The translations under genes were made by a program, and so were the position numbers. From Gnetum montanum (taxonomy: Eukaryota > Plantae > Gnetophyta), in contig MNCI01002379.1 of NCBI GenBank assembly GCA_015680685.1, forward strand, positions 1 to 64,000: a DNA stretch of 64,000 nucleotides, given 5' to 3'. Of this stretch, positions 14,400 to 27,028 are shown piece after piece. Within the stretch, counting starts at the first letter, position 1. The number at the start of each line of letters is the position of its first letter. The notes below the pieces were generated by a model, which did not search any database, was not told the DNA's origin, and saw nothing but the letters and a program-made list of their open reading frames with translations.

Positions 14400-17300
14400 G
14401 CCTCACTTTTAAAGTAGAAAAAGTTGTGTTATGCATGTACGTAGGCTTGGGAAGGATGAAAATGCTTTGGGAATCACCAAATTTGGGGTTTTTAGTGTTT
14501 TTATGATGTCCATAGAAATTTATATGCTAGAACCACCTAAAGCTAGTGTATAAATTTTTGGGCTTTGATTTTTGTGCTAAAGATACTTGCAGCCAATGTA
14601 TGAATTTGGGCATTATAAAATACATTGGTACCAACACAAGATATGTTGACTAGTGTATTTTGTGATGGAGCTAGTATAAAAATTGTCAAAACTTGATAAA
14701 TCAAATAAATATGCTAGAGGTAGATGATCTACAAGTACATGCAATTTGTAATAATCTATCAACAATCATGGTAGGAATCTACAACAACAGATGAGACACC
14801 ACATGACCTATATAAATCAAGCTTGATCACTCAAAAAGGACTTTTCAAAAATTTTCATTTAGCTAAGNAGGAGCATAACTTTGAATCTCCAAAGAATGTA
14901 GCTAACTATAGGACACACTCTACTAACTTCTCGAGTCATCAAGCATTATCCTTTTAGCTTTTTGATCCATTCAAAGCCCATAAACTTATACTCATTCAAA
15001 CCTTTTTCCTGCAATAGTTTATTATTTTAATTAAAATCTTTGTAGTCCATTTATGCAATTCAAGTTTATTTTTTGTTTCTCTAAAACTATATCTTCATTT
15101 TTCATTATAATTAATTACATTATTTATGAATTCCAAGTTTCTAAGTGATTGGCCAGAATTTCTAGGTTACTTCGGATCCCTTTCTCAAGGCCTATGGAAC
15201 CTAGAGTCAAACTATTTCACTAGAAATCTTCAGTTATCTAGCATTGAATTTTTCCAATGTTACATTTTCTAATACTAGAAAGAGGACCTTTTTCCAATCC
15301 TACTCTACCTTTTCCTATGCATCAATTTTAAGTTTTATTTGCTTAAGTTTACTAGCAAATCTTTGAATTTTTCCTTGTAATTTTTCTCAAAACTAGGATA
15401 GGCACTTGTTCCCCTACAATTTTAAAATCCAACATATTTATTACAATTGGTTTTGGTGCCTTCAAGTTTTGTAGCAACTACTAGACTTTCCAATGCCCAT
15501 CATACTCTTAAAAACTTGCACTTTTCATATTCCAAAAATTACCTTTGGATTTTCCTAGAGGCCAACATATTTTTTACTACTATATATCACTTGCAGCCTT
15601 TGAAAATTCTCCATTGGGTGTCTCCTACAAGCCCAGCATATTTTCTCAAAACTAGCATATTTTTCAAGTACAACAAGTGTATCTTTTCCAAGGAAAATGA
15701 ACATATTTTTCAAGATCACCGAGTGTATCCTTTCCAAAGAAAACAAGCATATTTTTCAAGAGCATCCAATGTATCTTTTCCAGCAAGTAAAATCTAGCAT
15801 ATTTTTTCTAGCAAGATGGGTGGGGTGAACCTAGTGTAAAAACTAGAAGCCTGCCTTTAACATTTTCACACCCAAGTTTTTTCTAGTAACCAATTACAAC
15901 ACAACCCATACTCTTTGTATTTTAAAATACAAAAACTTCAAAAAAGTTATTATAAACTAATTAATCTTAGTGCACTTCACAACACTACCATTGCCCCCTA
16001 CACTACACCTATATTTGCAATTTTCATTGCATTCAAATGTCAAAACCATTTATATGATAGGTAGTTCCACCTATTGGAATTGTTACTTTAAAGCCTAGTT
16101 AAATATCTAGTTAATTCCTTTATATAAATCAACTGTGCTACGACTCAACTTGACATACATGGCTTCTAGTCAGTATGTAGTGCACGTGTATGACCCCAAA
16201 GACCTGACTTTTGTTGAGCATAGATAATTGCATAGGTAAAGGAGCCAAAACCTAGACTTTCCTATGAGAAACAAAGAATACTATAATTTTATCTATGCCA
16301 AAAATCAAGTAGGCCTACTCATCCCACATGAAGAATCTAAATCCAAGCATGAGTTTAAGATAATTCATAGAAATGGGAAGGAATACATCACTTCCTCCTA
16401 TGACCAAATAAAGTTGATGGACTTCCATTCATGCATATTAGCTCAATTAATCGATATGGATGAGTTAAGTGAGAAATATTATTTCAAAGGATCATCAGGA
16501 AAAGCAAGATGAATTTGAGGCTAAATTGATTCTAGAGACCTTCATCAAGAGCTGTTTCAAAAATTGGTTCCCTAGACCATTGCACTATTTGTGGGATAGG
16601 TTTCTCAAACCTCTTCTCCTCATGTCCATTGTACCATGTTTTGGTTAACACCCATCATTGCTACATACCAAGCATAAGCCATGTCTAAATAGGCTTTCCT
16701 CTTCTCATCCATTTTTTTTGTAATCGAATGTCACTCCATACAATCATCCCCATGGTGTTCACCATGTCCCATTCCTTCTCTATCCTAATGGATCCCTTAG
16801 TGGGACCCTAAGTGACTAAAGCTACTCATATCCCATCTTTCCCCTTAATCCCTCAAGTGCCAACTCAAAGTTTCTTCTCATTGTTTAGCCCCCTTACAAC
16901 CATGAATACCCAACCTCTTCATCCTTGTCATTATTCATTGCATGGTCATAGGTCTTTCAACTTCCCTCTCAAACATTTGTACAAGGCCCACAACTGATCA
17001 AAGTGCTACAAGGCTTAGATCAGGTCTTCATATGATCTAAGGCATCACCAAAGAGCTACATAAGCTCAAGGCCTCTACCACATAGATGGTCAAACGAATG
17101 GACTTCTACCAAGATGATCCTATTAATCCAACCATCCCATATATCACTCTTTCGTTTAGTATTCCTAGATCATAGTTTACTAAGTACAACAAAGAGAATG
17201 ATCCTAACGCATACCTCACCACCTTCCATTCTAAATGTTTATTGCTATAGGCTTAGCCTCATACTATCTTGCATATCTTCTCATTTCCCTTACTAGGAAA

Positions 17301-17485
17301 GCCTTAGAAAGGTATCATGCATTGCCTAGAGGATCTATTGCCTCATTAAAAGACTTGATTTCATAATTTGTGAATTGTTTCAAGTATAACTTAAAACCTG
17401 ACACCATCCTTGATCAATTAATGAAGATCAAATAATGTCCTCTTGAACTTGTCCAAAATTTTATCCAATGATGGAATGCTTTATC
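14400..17485 (+). mobile_element. Tat/Ogre-lineage gypsy fragment (LTR end, tRNA-Asn-type PBS, gag), same family as 38.4-44.7 kb but opposite orientation
   Basis: LTR ends ...tgttaca at 15264, followed by PBS-like taatactagaaagaggacc at 15270-15288. ORF 16264 (EYYNFIYAK) matches minus ORF 41763 (EDHYNFIYAK). Gag GKALERYHALPRGSIASLKDL...FKYNLKPDTILDQLMKIK at ~17296-17435 matches ORF 40612-40905. The left boundary is uncertain. Confidence 0.75.
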
Positions 17486-18639
17486 AAACACTACTAAAAA
17501 TGCATGTTGTAATCTTTGTAGCCCTTGCTCCATGAAATTTGAGGGTAAACTTTAGTGTAAAATGTGAAGATTGTAATCCAAGAGATCCAATTTCACATAC
17601 TTTAGCTTTTGGGGCTAAAAAATATCTCATACATGGTTAAAGCCTTAACCCTTAAGTGGAAAAAGGCATACTATATGCATATTTGATCTTTTTGGGGTTA
17701 AAAATTCCTTTTGGACTACTAAAATTGTCATTTTTATGGGTTTTGTAGGGGTTATAACACTTACTACGTCAGAAACACCTATGGAAGGGTATGATCCACT
17801 TATACCTAGCATTAAGGGATGTAACATCACCCATGCCCAACATTGGGGGGCCATGAATCTTACCCCCAGCATTGCTACTACATCCCCCCTTAGAGTTGCA
17901 CCTTCCCCCCAACATTGCTCCAGCATGGCACAAAATTTTAACATTACTCCAACTTGAGTTTTGACCCTACATCCTAGCATTACTATTGGAAGGTCCAGCG
18001 TAGGTGGAGGAAGCCAACATGGATAAAATTTCCATTTACTATTTTTATTAAACCATATGGTTTTGATTCCATGGTGGTATGAAGACATACCATGCATAGA
18101 AACCTAGATGGATTTGTACACCCATAAATACCTACGCATAGCCAAAATTCTCTCAGTAATCAGGAAAAATTAGCAACCAAATTTATGGCCAAAATCCTAT
18201 AAAAATGAAGCACCAACACCATATAAAGGTTCTAGGCTTTTTCATGTTAGGAATACTCTTAAATTCAATAGTTTTTACAATCTTACAACTACATAGCTTT
18301 TTGAATTATCCCTACATGGAACCTTTATAGCCATTGTAACATCTTCTAACCCCTTTGAGATTATGTGAGTGTTTAGTATCAATGCTGAGCATTTTGGACT
18401 TGTGACTCCTAGCATTTCTCCTCCTAGTTACCAAGAAACCCCCACATATCTCATCCTCCTACATCATAAACATTATAAATCTAGTGTAGACAGCAAAAAG
18501 TTTCAATAGCATTAGGAGTTGTAGAACCTTCGGATTATGGTCCTAACCATGACATCTATAGCCACTAGTTTTAATGAACTCTGAACCCCCATCAAAGTGA
18601 GCCCCCTACTAGTATAGGAACATATTGTGCACATTCCTT
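17486..18639 (+). repeat. Truncated Tat-family LTR in + orientation, interrupting the gag above
   Basis: The start (caaacactactaaaaatgcatgttgtaatc...aaatgtgaaga) is the reverse complement of the LTR ends at 20010-20101 and 44570-44661. TATA-like cctataaaaa at ~18197. 18540-18610 matches the reverse complement of 43445-43510. Confidence 0.7.
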
Positions 18640-20101
18640 TGTTGCAACCTAAAAAATCAATCACTAGAAAATCGAGAAATTTGGTGCATTAGCCTCAACC
18701 TTGAATTCCCAAGGCCTCCAAAAAAATGGAATTCAAGGTACCCTAGATGATCTAGTAAATCACTCAGGAACATATAGAATGCAATACAAATAATGTAAAT
18801 AACAAGAATACAAATCTAGAAATCAAAAGAAAAATATTTTTCACAAAAACTAAAATTTTTAAAATTTATTTAAATAAATAAAGAATAAATTTAAGGATGT
18901 GTACAAGAATTGCCCCTGAGAGAGAAAAAGGGGGTTCCTTGGTGTAGAAATTTAGAGCCTATTAAAGCCAATGTGATCTACTTCATGATCCAGATGATCA
19001 ACCACTCTTGATGTTATCAAACCTCCTCTACTACAACTTTAGATCTACAACTTGGGTCACTACTAGGAGTGAGAAAAGTGAGAAATCTAGCTACTAGATT
19101 GCTCCACATTGGGATTTGAAGATCCTAGAAATGTACCATTAACATCAAAAGTCCACAAGTCTCAATGGGATTGCAAACGAAGGTAACAAGGTTACAAGGG
19201 TTCCATGCTAGGAACCTCTAAGAAGCTGCACTTCTACAAGGTTTCAAGAGCTCTTGGAAGATAAAATTTCTATGTGCTTGAAATTGCAAAAGTTTCTAAT
19301 CTTAAAGGGGTTTTAGGATTTTGTTTTTATAGGTTTTAGGCCATAATTTTTACTACAAATTGGCAGATAGATTGGCTACAAATTGCTGCAAATTTTTGCC
19401 TCATATAGGTGAGATGGGTGCCCAAATTTTGGGGGTTACTATGTATAGTAAGTGCTAAACCCCCATGGCCATTCTATTTAATATAAATAGTAATGAGGGA
19501 AGGGGAGGCATCTTCTATGTTGGAGGAAGATCTTCTATGCTAAGCCTTCTACCATCTTGGTTAAAGTGGTTCGTCAACCATGAGGCCATTAGAGTGCAAA
19601 AATCTTGCTCATGTAGCTTCCACGCTGGGAGAGGGGAGTTTCAACGTAGGGATGAGAAGCCTCCATAATTAGGATGAGGGTTTCCATGTTGGAAAAGAAG
19701 ATCAAACTTCTCCACATTGCACATGATATCCCCCCAGTTCTCCATGCTAAGATTTGTCTCTCCACATTGAGGGTAGATGAGATTTTCCCTCTACATGTGT
19801 TTCTAGCATAGGAAAGTATTTACCCTTCATAAAACCCATAAAATTGCCAATTTTTTCCATTCCAAAAGATATTTTTGACACTTCCAAGCCAAAATCTAGA
19901 CACCATGTAACTTTTTTCACTTGAGGAATGAGGCTTTGACCACTTATGAGGCATTCTTTAGCCTCAAAAGTATGAAATATGTGAGATTTTCTCTTATGTG
20001 TTACAATCTTCACATTTATAATAAATTTTTGCCTTGGGTTTCATAGGGTGAAGGATACATGATGAGAAATGATTACAACATGCAAATTTTTTGGTGTTTT
20101 A
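18640..20101 (-). repeat. 3' LTR of Tat/Ogre element (copy B)
   Basis: Colinear with 43166-44661. Starts TGTTG at 18640. Adjacent PPT (minus strand caaagagggacca) at ~20102-20115. Confidence 0.85.
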
Positions 20102-21165
20102 ATGGTCCCTCTTTGTTGGTGTCTAGAGGATTGACTCAAGAGACACTAACAAATAACACAAAACACCATTATAGATCCACCATCGATATTCCATCTCCAT
20201 GATTGATCTACTTGTGTCGAATCATGATGAAGAATGCTTATGATGATGGGATAAGATCATGATGATGAGATGATGATGTTAAGGTTGTAACTAAATGGTT
20301 ATGAAGGCTAATGGAGAATTCCAAGAGTCAACATCATGGTTATAGTGTGGTATTGACATGTTTTGAAGTGTTGGTCACTTAAGAAATGTGTTTAAGGTCC
20401 CAACCACTTAGCTCCAAGGTTAATTTTTCCATTGCCCTTTGAGGCTTTCTTTGGCCATTCGGCCTCTTGGTAATTTTATTTCCTATTTATTTATGTGGGG
20501 TTAGGCATTCATTAGGTCACATTGCTAGGGCTAGTTTGACATGGTTTTCTCATTGAATGAGTTGCATTACACTCAATGGACTTGGTGGCTATCCCATTGA
20601 GTGAGATGCATTATGCTTGATGGACTGAATGGTTTTATCAAAAAAGATATGTTATGTTCGATGGACTTAATGCTTTCCCAATAAATGAAGTATGTTACAT
20701 TCAAGTGTGCTTTAAGATGGAGCATGATGAAAATATGGCTATGGCACATGAGTGTCAAACATAGGTTAATGTTGCTTAGGGTAAGGAAGGTTATATTTAG
20801 GCTATGGGACTGGCCTTAAGGACTGGTGTTAGATGGAGGGAAATGGCATAAGCACTTTTGACATAGTAGGACAAACACACCAAATCTTACACATCAAGGT
20901 CATGTGGTGACTTGTTTCCATAATAATTTGCACCCTTGTAATGACTTTAGGCTTCATCCTACAAACACAACTCCAAGAGGATAAGAAAACCAAGAAAAAA
21001 AAGCATGTTATAGCATTACAATGCATATATAAGCCACATGAAATGATAAAACCAAGCTACCCAAGTAACCAATGTTGCTATTTTAGGGTCACAATAGGCC
21101 ATGGTACTAATTTAAGGCCTTGGTAGGCCATTGTAAGTAGGCTCTCTTATTAATGATCATTGGAT

Positions 21166-21911
21166 ACATGTAATATGGCTTTAGATAGGAATGATTGATT
21201 GTATTGGCCAACTCATTCTCATCCATGTTAGCTATCCTGAATGCTCCATTCTCATAGGCTTTGGTGATAAGGAAGCATCTTTCCTAGTTGGCTAAAAATT
21301 TATCTACATGCTCGTAGATGGCTTTGAGTACTAGGTCATCCACCTTGATCTTACACTTGATCAAGTTATGGTGGTTCTATCATTTCTACCTCTCTTGATA
21401 ATATTCAATGTGATCAAGTGCTTGCATACACTTCTCTTCCACCGAGTCTAAGGTTGTTGTCTACAGCTTCTTATTCTACTCATCATTGATGAAGTTGGAT
21501 AAAGCTATACGAAGTGATGGAACCTATAATTCAAGACATAAAATAGCTTTAAAATGAAAGATTAGGATATAAGGGGTTACACAAATTTCCATGTGATAGG
21601 GTATTCTATAGGGCAATAGTGCATGAACAAGTTACTCATCCCATTTGCACTTGCTATTATTATGCATCTTTTTAAGCAGGTTGATGATGGCTTTGTTGTT
21701 GGCCTCTGCTTGCCTAGTGGCTTGAGGGTAATAAGGTGATGGAAAAGAATTCTTAATGCCTAGGTTTTGATAGAAATTTTTCAATTCATGGCTACTAAAT
21801 TATGGTCCATTATCTATAACTATGGTCATGGGTATGCCAAAATGGACTACAATTTTATCTAGGATAAATTTGTAGACTTGGTTAGATGTAGTCTTCCTTA
21901 GGGAAATAGCC
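21166..21911 (-). pseudogene. pol: Integrase core and C-terminus (Tat/Ogre)
   Basis: Minus strand AISLRKTTSNQVYKFILDKIVVHFGIPMTIVIDNGP...SPYYPQATRQAEANNKAIINLLKKM...TINHSYLKPYY. Confidence 0.9.
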
Positions 21912-22450
21912 TAGGTCTTAGAAATTGATGCAAATATGGATACCCCTATTTTTCTTAAGAAATACCACTATGTTGAACACTCATTTTACATAGTTGATAG
22001 CCTTAATGAAACTAGCTTGGTAGAGCTTTGAGATCTCATCATCAACTACCAAGGCCAAATTAGGTTTAATCTTGCATACTTTCTACTTAACTAGTCTAAT
22101 GCTAGGACCAAATATGATGTTGAGCTAGACTAAGCATGGGTCTAGGCCTAACATATCTTCATATGACTAGGAAAAGGCCTTAATGTTATCTTGTAGGACC
22201 TTAGTGATGTCTTGAGCCTATTGAGGTTTTAGTGATGAACTTAGTTTAAGGATTTTCTACTAACCACTATGTGTTGTGATAGGAATCTCAACTAGACAAT
22301 CTTCAGTTATGTTGGGCACCTCTAAGTCAAGCATTGTAACTAGGTTTTTAGGCCATTCTAGAGGTTTCTCTATTGAGGCTACCTAGTTGACAAGGCTATC
22401 ATACTCAAGATCTAGATAATCAAGGTTGATATACTATTCTACATCACTGC
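21912..22450 (-). pseudogene. pol: Reverse transcriptase N-terminus, truncated by deletion
   Basis: Minus strand KAFS*SYEDMLGLDP...VDDEISKLYQASFIKAINYVK*VFNIVVFLKKNRGIHICINF*DL, which then joins integrase directly. Confidence 0.85.
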
Positions 22451-25400
22451 AAGGCCTACTTAGTCTCAAAGGTAAATTGATTTGCTTCTAGATGTTCATA
22501 CATTAATCTTGCATGTCAACCAAAAGCATATTAAGTGACACCTAGGTAAAAGTAAATAAATAATGCTAAAATGCCATAAAATTATGTAAATACATGCTAT
22601 TCTAATGCAAACAGGGTTATCCAAGGCTACAAATAGAGTAAAAAAGTGGAACAAGTGCCAAATAAAGGGAAGTATGAGAAATATGACTACAAATGTTCAA
22701 TGAGGGCCATAATTTCACCAGTTTTAGGCCTTAGCAGGCCATGGTCACATTTTTCCAAACGATGGTCAAGGAAGGTCAAGTGTCACTATTTGATAATAAT
22801 TAATAGTAAACAAAGGAAATTGACACAATAATAAGACAAATAAGGAAAATATAAGGCAATATAAAAGCTATAAAAAGGTTATTAATGTCAAAAATGTAAC
22901 ACAAGGTCAAAAACAAGTTAAACCATCATGTTATAAGGCCAAATCAAGAAAAATAGGCTACATAAGATGAAACTTGGTTAATATAGGTTATAAGAGATTA
23001 GATTTTTCCAATTTTAGGCATTAGCAGTCCATGTTTTAAGGCTACAAGGCTATTAGATGAGTATCGGCATCAATCAAGGTTGTTTTTAGGTTGTTTAGAC
23101 CTAGAAATCAATAGTTTTGAGGCTTCCATGCTAGGCTCCCCCTGATTCCATGATGGCGAGCATGCAAGAAGGGACCCTTAGAATGGAAACTAAGGAAAGT
23201 GGATTTTAGGGCATCTAGAGATCCAAAATTGAGGTTCTGTGGTCTTCCCAAGATAGCACAAGGCTAGACTTATCAAAATTGATTACTTCAGAAGTTAATA
23301 AAAGCCAAAAGGTAGGTTTTGCAATACTCCCCCTTTATTTCCACACTAGATAGCATGGAAGAGAGTGGGATCAGCAATGAGAACCAAAATACAAGTAAAA
23401 ATAGGATCAAACATGGTTACACAAGTAGCTAGAACCTAGATCTAGAAGTTTTGCATCCCCTAACTTCTTTTTGAGACCATTTGAGTTAGTTTTGGGTGTC
23501 AAAACATGTTGAGATGGTTTCCCCACCTTCTTCAATGCTAAGAACTACATCCCCAACATGGAAGAATGGAGGGGACACTTGTTCAATGGTTTTAGGATGG
23601 TTTTAGACCATGTTGACTAGGTTCCTAGGCTCATAGGGCCATAGATCATGATTTTTCAAGTTTCTAGCTGATTTTTCTCACATTTGGAGGTTATTCAAGG
23701 GAAAATAAGGTCTCACCATCTTGTTTCCATGATAGGGAATATATTCTAGCATCGAAGATTAGGAGGAAAAGCTTTAAGGATTAAAAAAAATCCAAAAAAG
23801 CATAATTTGAAGGTTGTGAGGTTCTAGGCTTCTCCAGCATAGGTTTCTCATCTCTAAGAGTGTCATCTTGCCACGAAAAGTTAAAAAGTGGAATTTTCCC
23901 TTGTTTTCATATTGCCTAGCATAGTGGGGGTCCTATTTAAGATGGATGGAGCAAGAATACTAGATCTAGGCTAATTCAAATTGTAATTGACAATGCATGT
24001 TAGCTTTTGAAGGTGCTAGAGTTAAAAGTTAGTGTTTTAGGTTAAAATTTGGAAGTTTTTGGTATTCCTAAGTGATTTTTTGTATTTCCTTCTTTCTCCC
24101 ATGCTAGGGATCGGGTTCCTAGTGTGGAAGAATAAGGGGAATAATTTTTTTCCATTTGAAATCAATTTCCTAAAGTTTCAAGGCTCTAATGAATACTAAT
24201 AGGGTTCTAGGATGCATGCAAGGTCATTTGATGTCATTCCAAGATGTCTATGAGTCATAAATGAGTTCCCTTCATTAGTCTCCATGTTGGCTAGCATAGA
24301 AGAGAGGGTTTCCATCATGAAAGAATCAAAAATATTAGATCTAGATCAATTTTGACCTCAATCAATTCTGCATGTATACTCCCAGGATTGCTAAGGTTGA
24401 GGACTAGGGTTTAAGATCAAGATTGATCAATTTGGAGGTTTTCTAGGTGGATTTTGATCTCTTCCCATTTCTTCCACATTCAGGATGGTATACGTAGTGT
24501 GGAAGATTAGGGAAACATCATTTTAGTCATTTGGAGTCACTTTTATGGATTTTGAGGTCTCTAGAAGGTGTAAAATTAGCCTAAGGATTCAAGTAGGTTT
24601 GTAGGGTGTTTGTTTAAGGTGTTCAATGGTCATTTTTGAGTCCCCAAAAATTTCCCCCTACTTCCATGTTGGCTAGTGTGGAAGAGATGACACTTAGTGT
24701 GGAAGAACTAAAGGACCCTTCTTTTTTCCATTTTCTATCATTTCTAGCCATGCATGTCATTTCTAAGGTTGTCAGTGTAGATTATTGATGCCCAGCATCA
24801 AAACTTGGTTATTTCAATGGCTGTTAAGTGGTCTTTGATGATTTCCCCCTTCTTTTACACTAGGGTTCCCATGCTTAGCATGGAATATTGGGAAGAAAAA
24901 AATTTTGGTTATTCAAGATCAATTTTGAAGAGTCTGTGGATTCTAGGAAGAGTAGATAGGATCCTAGGATGCACACAAGGCTTCCTGATGTCCATTTGAA
25001 ATACCTAAAGGTTATTTTTGAGTCCACCCAAAGTTCTCCCTCTACTTCCAAGCTAGATAGTGTGAAAGCAATGGCTCCTAGCATGGAGAAACTAGGGGGC
25101 TCATATTTTTCCTAATTTTTACTAGTTTTATCTATGCATGTGTGTCTACAGGGCTACCAGTGTTGCCCATCAATGCTAGTGGTTGAAATTTGATCATTTT
25201 GAGGGTTGTAAGGGGGTTTTTAGGCTACTCCCCCTCCATCCACACAATGGCTAGGATGCTTAGCATGGATGAAATTCTCCTCAATGTGGAGAACCAAGAG
25301 GAGGGAGTTTTGGACTATTGTGGTTGCCTTTCGAAAGTCTAGAGGCTTCTAGAAGGGTTAGGTTGCTTCTAGAAGGAAAACTACATGTAAACTTCAGAAA

Positions 25401-27028
25401 TTTTAGCTTTCCCCCTTCTATCCACATTGAGATTAGAATGATAAACATAGATGAGATCCTCTCCAATATGAAATAATGTTAGAAAGTTTAATTTTATTTA
25501 TTTTTTGAAGTCTAGTGGCTTTTGGAGAGGCTATCTAGGTTCTGGTATTAGTTCAAAATAATTTAAGATTATTTTCTTGCTTCTAGAAACTTCCATTAAT
25601 CTTCCTAGCTCCATCCACCTTATTTGTATGCTAGGTAGTGTGGAAGATATGTCCCACAATGTGGATGATCCAATAATGTTAAATCCAACAAGTTTGATAG
25701 CTAGTCAACCATGCATGTTAGCTTTTAGGATTTTCAATTTCAATGGTCGTTGCTTGGTGTCAAGATCCACCAGTTTGGAGGCTCCTAGAGTAATCTTCCC
25801 TGCTTCTTTCATGCTAGGAATGATGGTCCTAACATGGAAAAGAGGTAAATGGTAGTTTTATACCATTTTGACTACTTTTGACATCTTTGGAAGCTCCAAA
25901 GGATTTTGATAGTGTCTAGGAGTTACCAAGGTAGGTTATTTGGCTATTTTGGATCATTACTTAAATTTTCGTACATGCCCCTAGGTTTCCATGCTTACTT
26001 TATGTTGGGAAACATAGAGGTGCAATTCACCAATTTGGAATTGCCTATGGATAGAGAATTAGCTTCTTCTAAGGTCATTCAAAGCTACTAGAGGCTATGA
26101 GGAAGTACAAGGCTATTAAATATGGCTACTAGGTAGTCAATTTAGGTAATTTTGATCTTCCTCCCATTCATCAACATTGGGGCTAGGATGTGCAACATGA
26201 ATGAGGCCTCCACTAGCATGAACTTCAAAATCCCAATATTTTGACCAATTTTGACTAGGTTTCGTGAGGTTGTGAGGCTGTTGAGGGTGCTTGGAGGGGT
26301 TTTAGGTCCTATGGACCCACTCTAGAGGTCAAACTTAGATTGGATGGGTGTTGGGAGGTAATAATGGATGTTACCCTACTTCTTCCATGTTGGGTAGTGT
26401 TGGCCTAATGTGGAAATCCAAGTTGACCAATTTTGTCAATGTCTAACTTGTCTTGGGAGCCCAGGGCTGAAAGATGTAGGTTTTGGCTACTAAAAATGAT
26501 AAAAAGGTTATGTTTTAATGGTTTTATGATATTTAAGGAATGTATCCATGTTGGGCGTGATATCCCCAATGTGGATTCATGGGAGTTAATTCTTGGTTAT
26601 TTTTCTAAGTGTCAAAAGTGCTCAAAACTCAATGTTGAAGTAATTTTTGGGCCAAGAGTGAGGGCATATAGTGGTTTCCATAATCCAAAAATTTTAAAAC
26701 ATAAAAATTGATATTATTTTTCATCCATTCCACTATAGAATAGAATTTCTTCCCCTTTCACTTCAATGCACTTGGAGCTATGATGCACTAAATTGGCAAC
26801 TAGGGTAGAGAGAAGGGCATTTAGGTTTTGATGTAGTTTTTATTATAAAATTTGAAAAGTTTCAACCACAATATTCATTCTACATAAAAAACACATTAGT
26901 AGAGAGCTCCAAAAGATATTTTTGTAGGATAAAGCATCAATCTTCAACATGTAAACACCTTTCCTTCCTTCTAGCCAATGTCAAACCCCTATTCTTAGAT
27001 TTCAACAATTCCTACCATTGAGCTTGCC

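Noticed and set aside
17645-18097. 150-aa ORF and its overlapping + ORF
   Set aside because: Lies in the motif-rich LTR, so openness is explained by repeated motifs.
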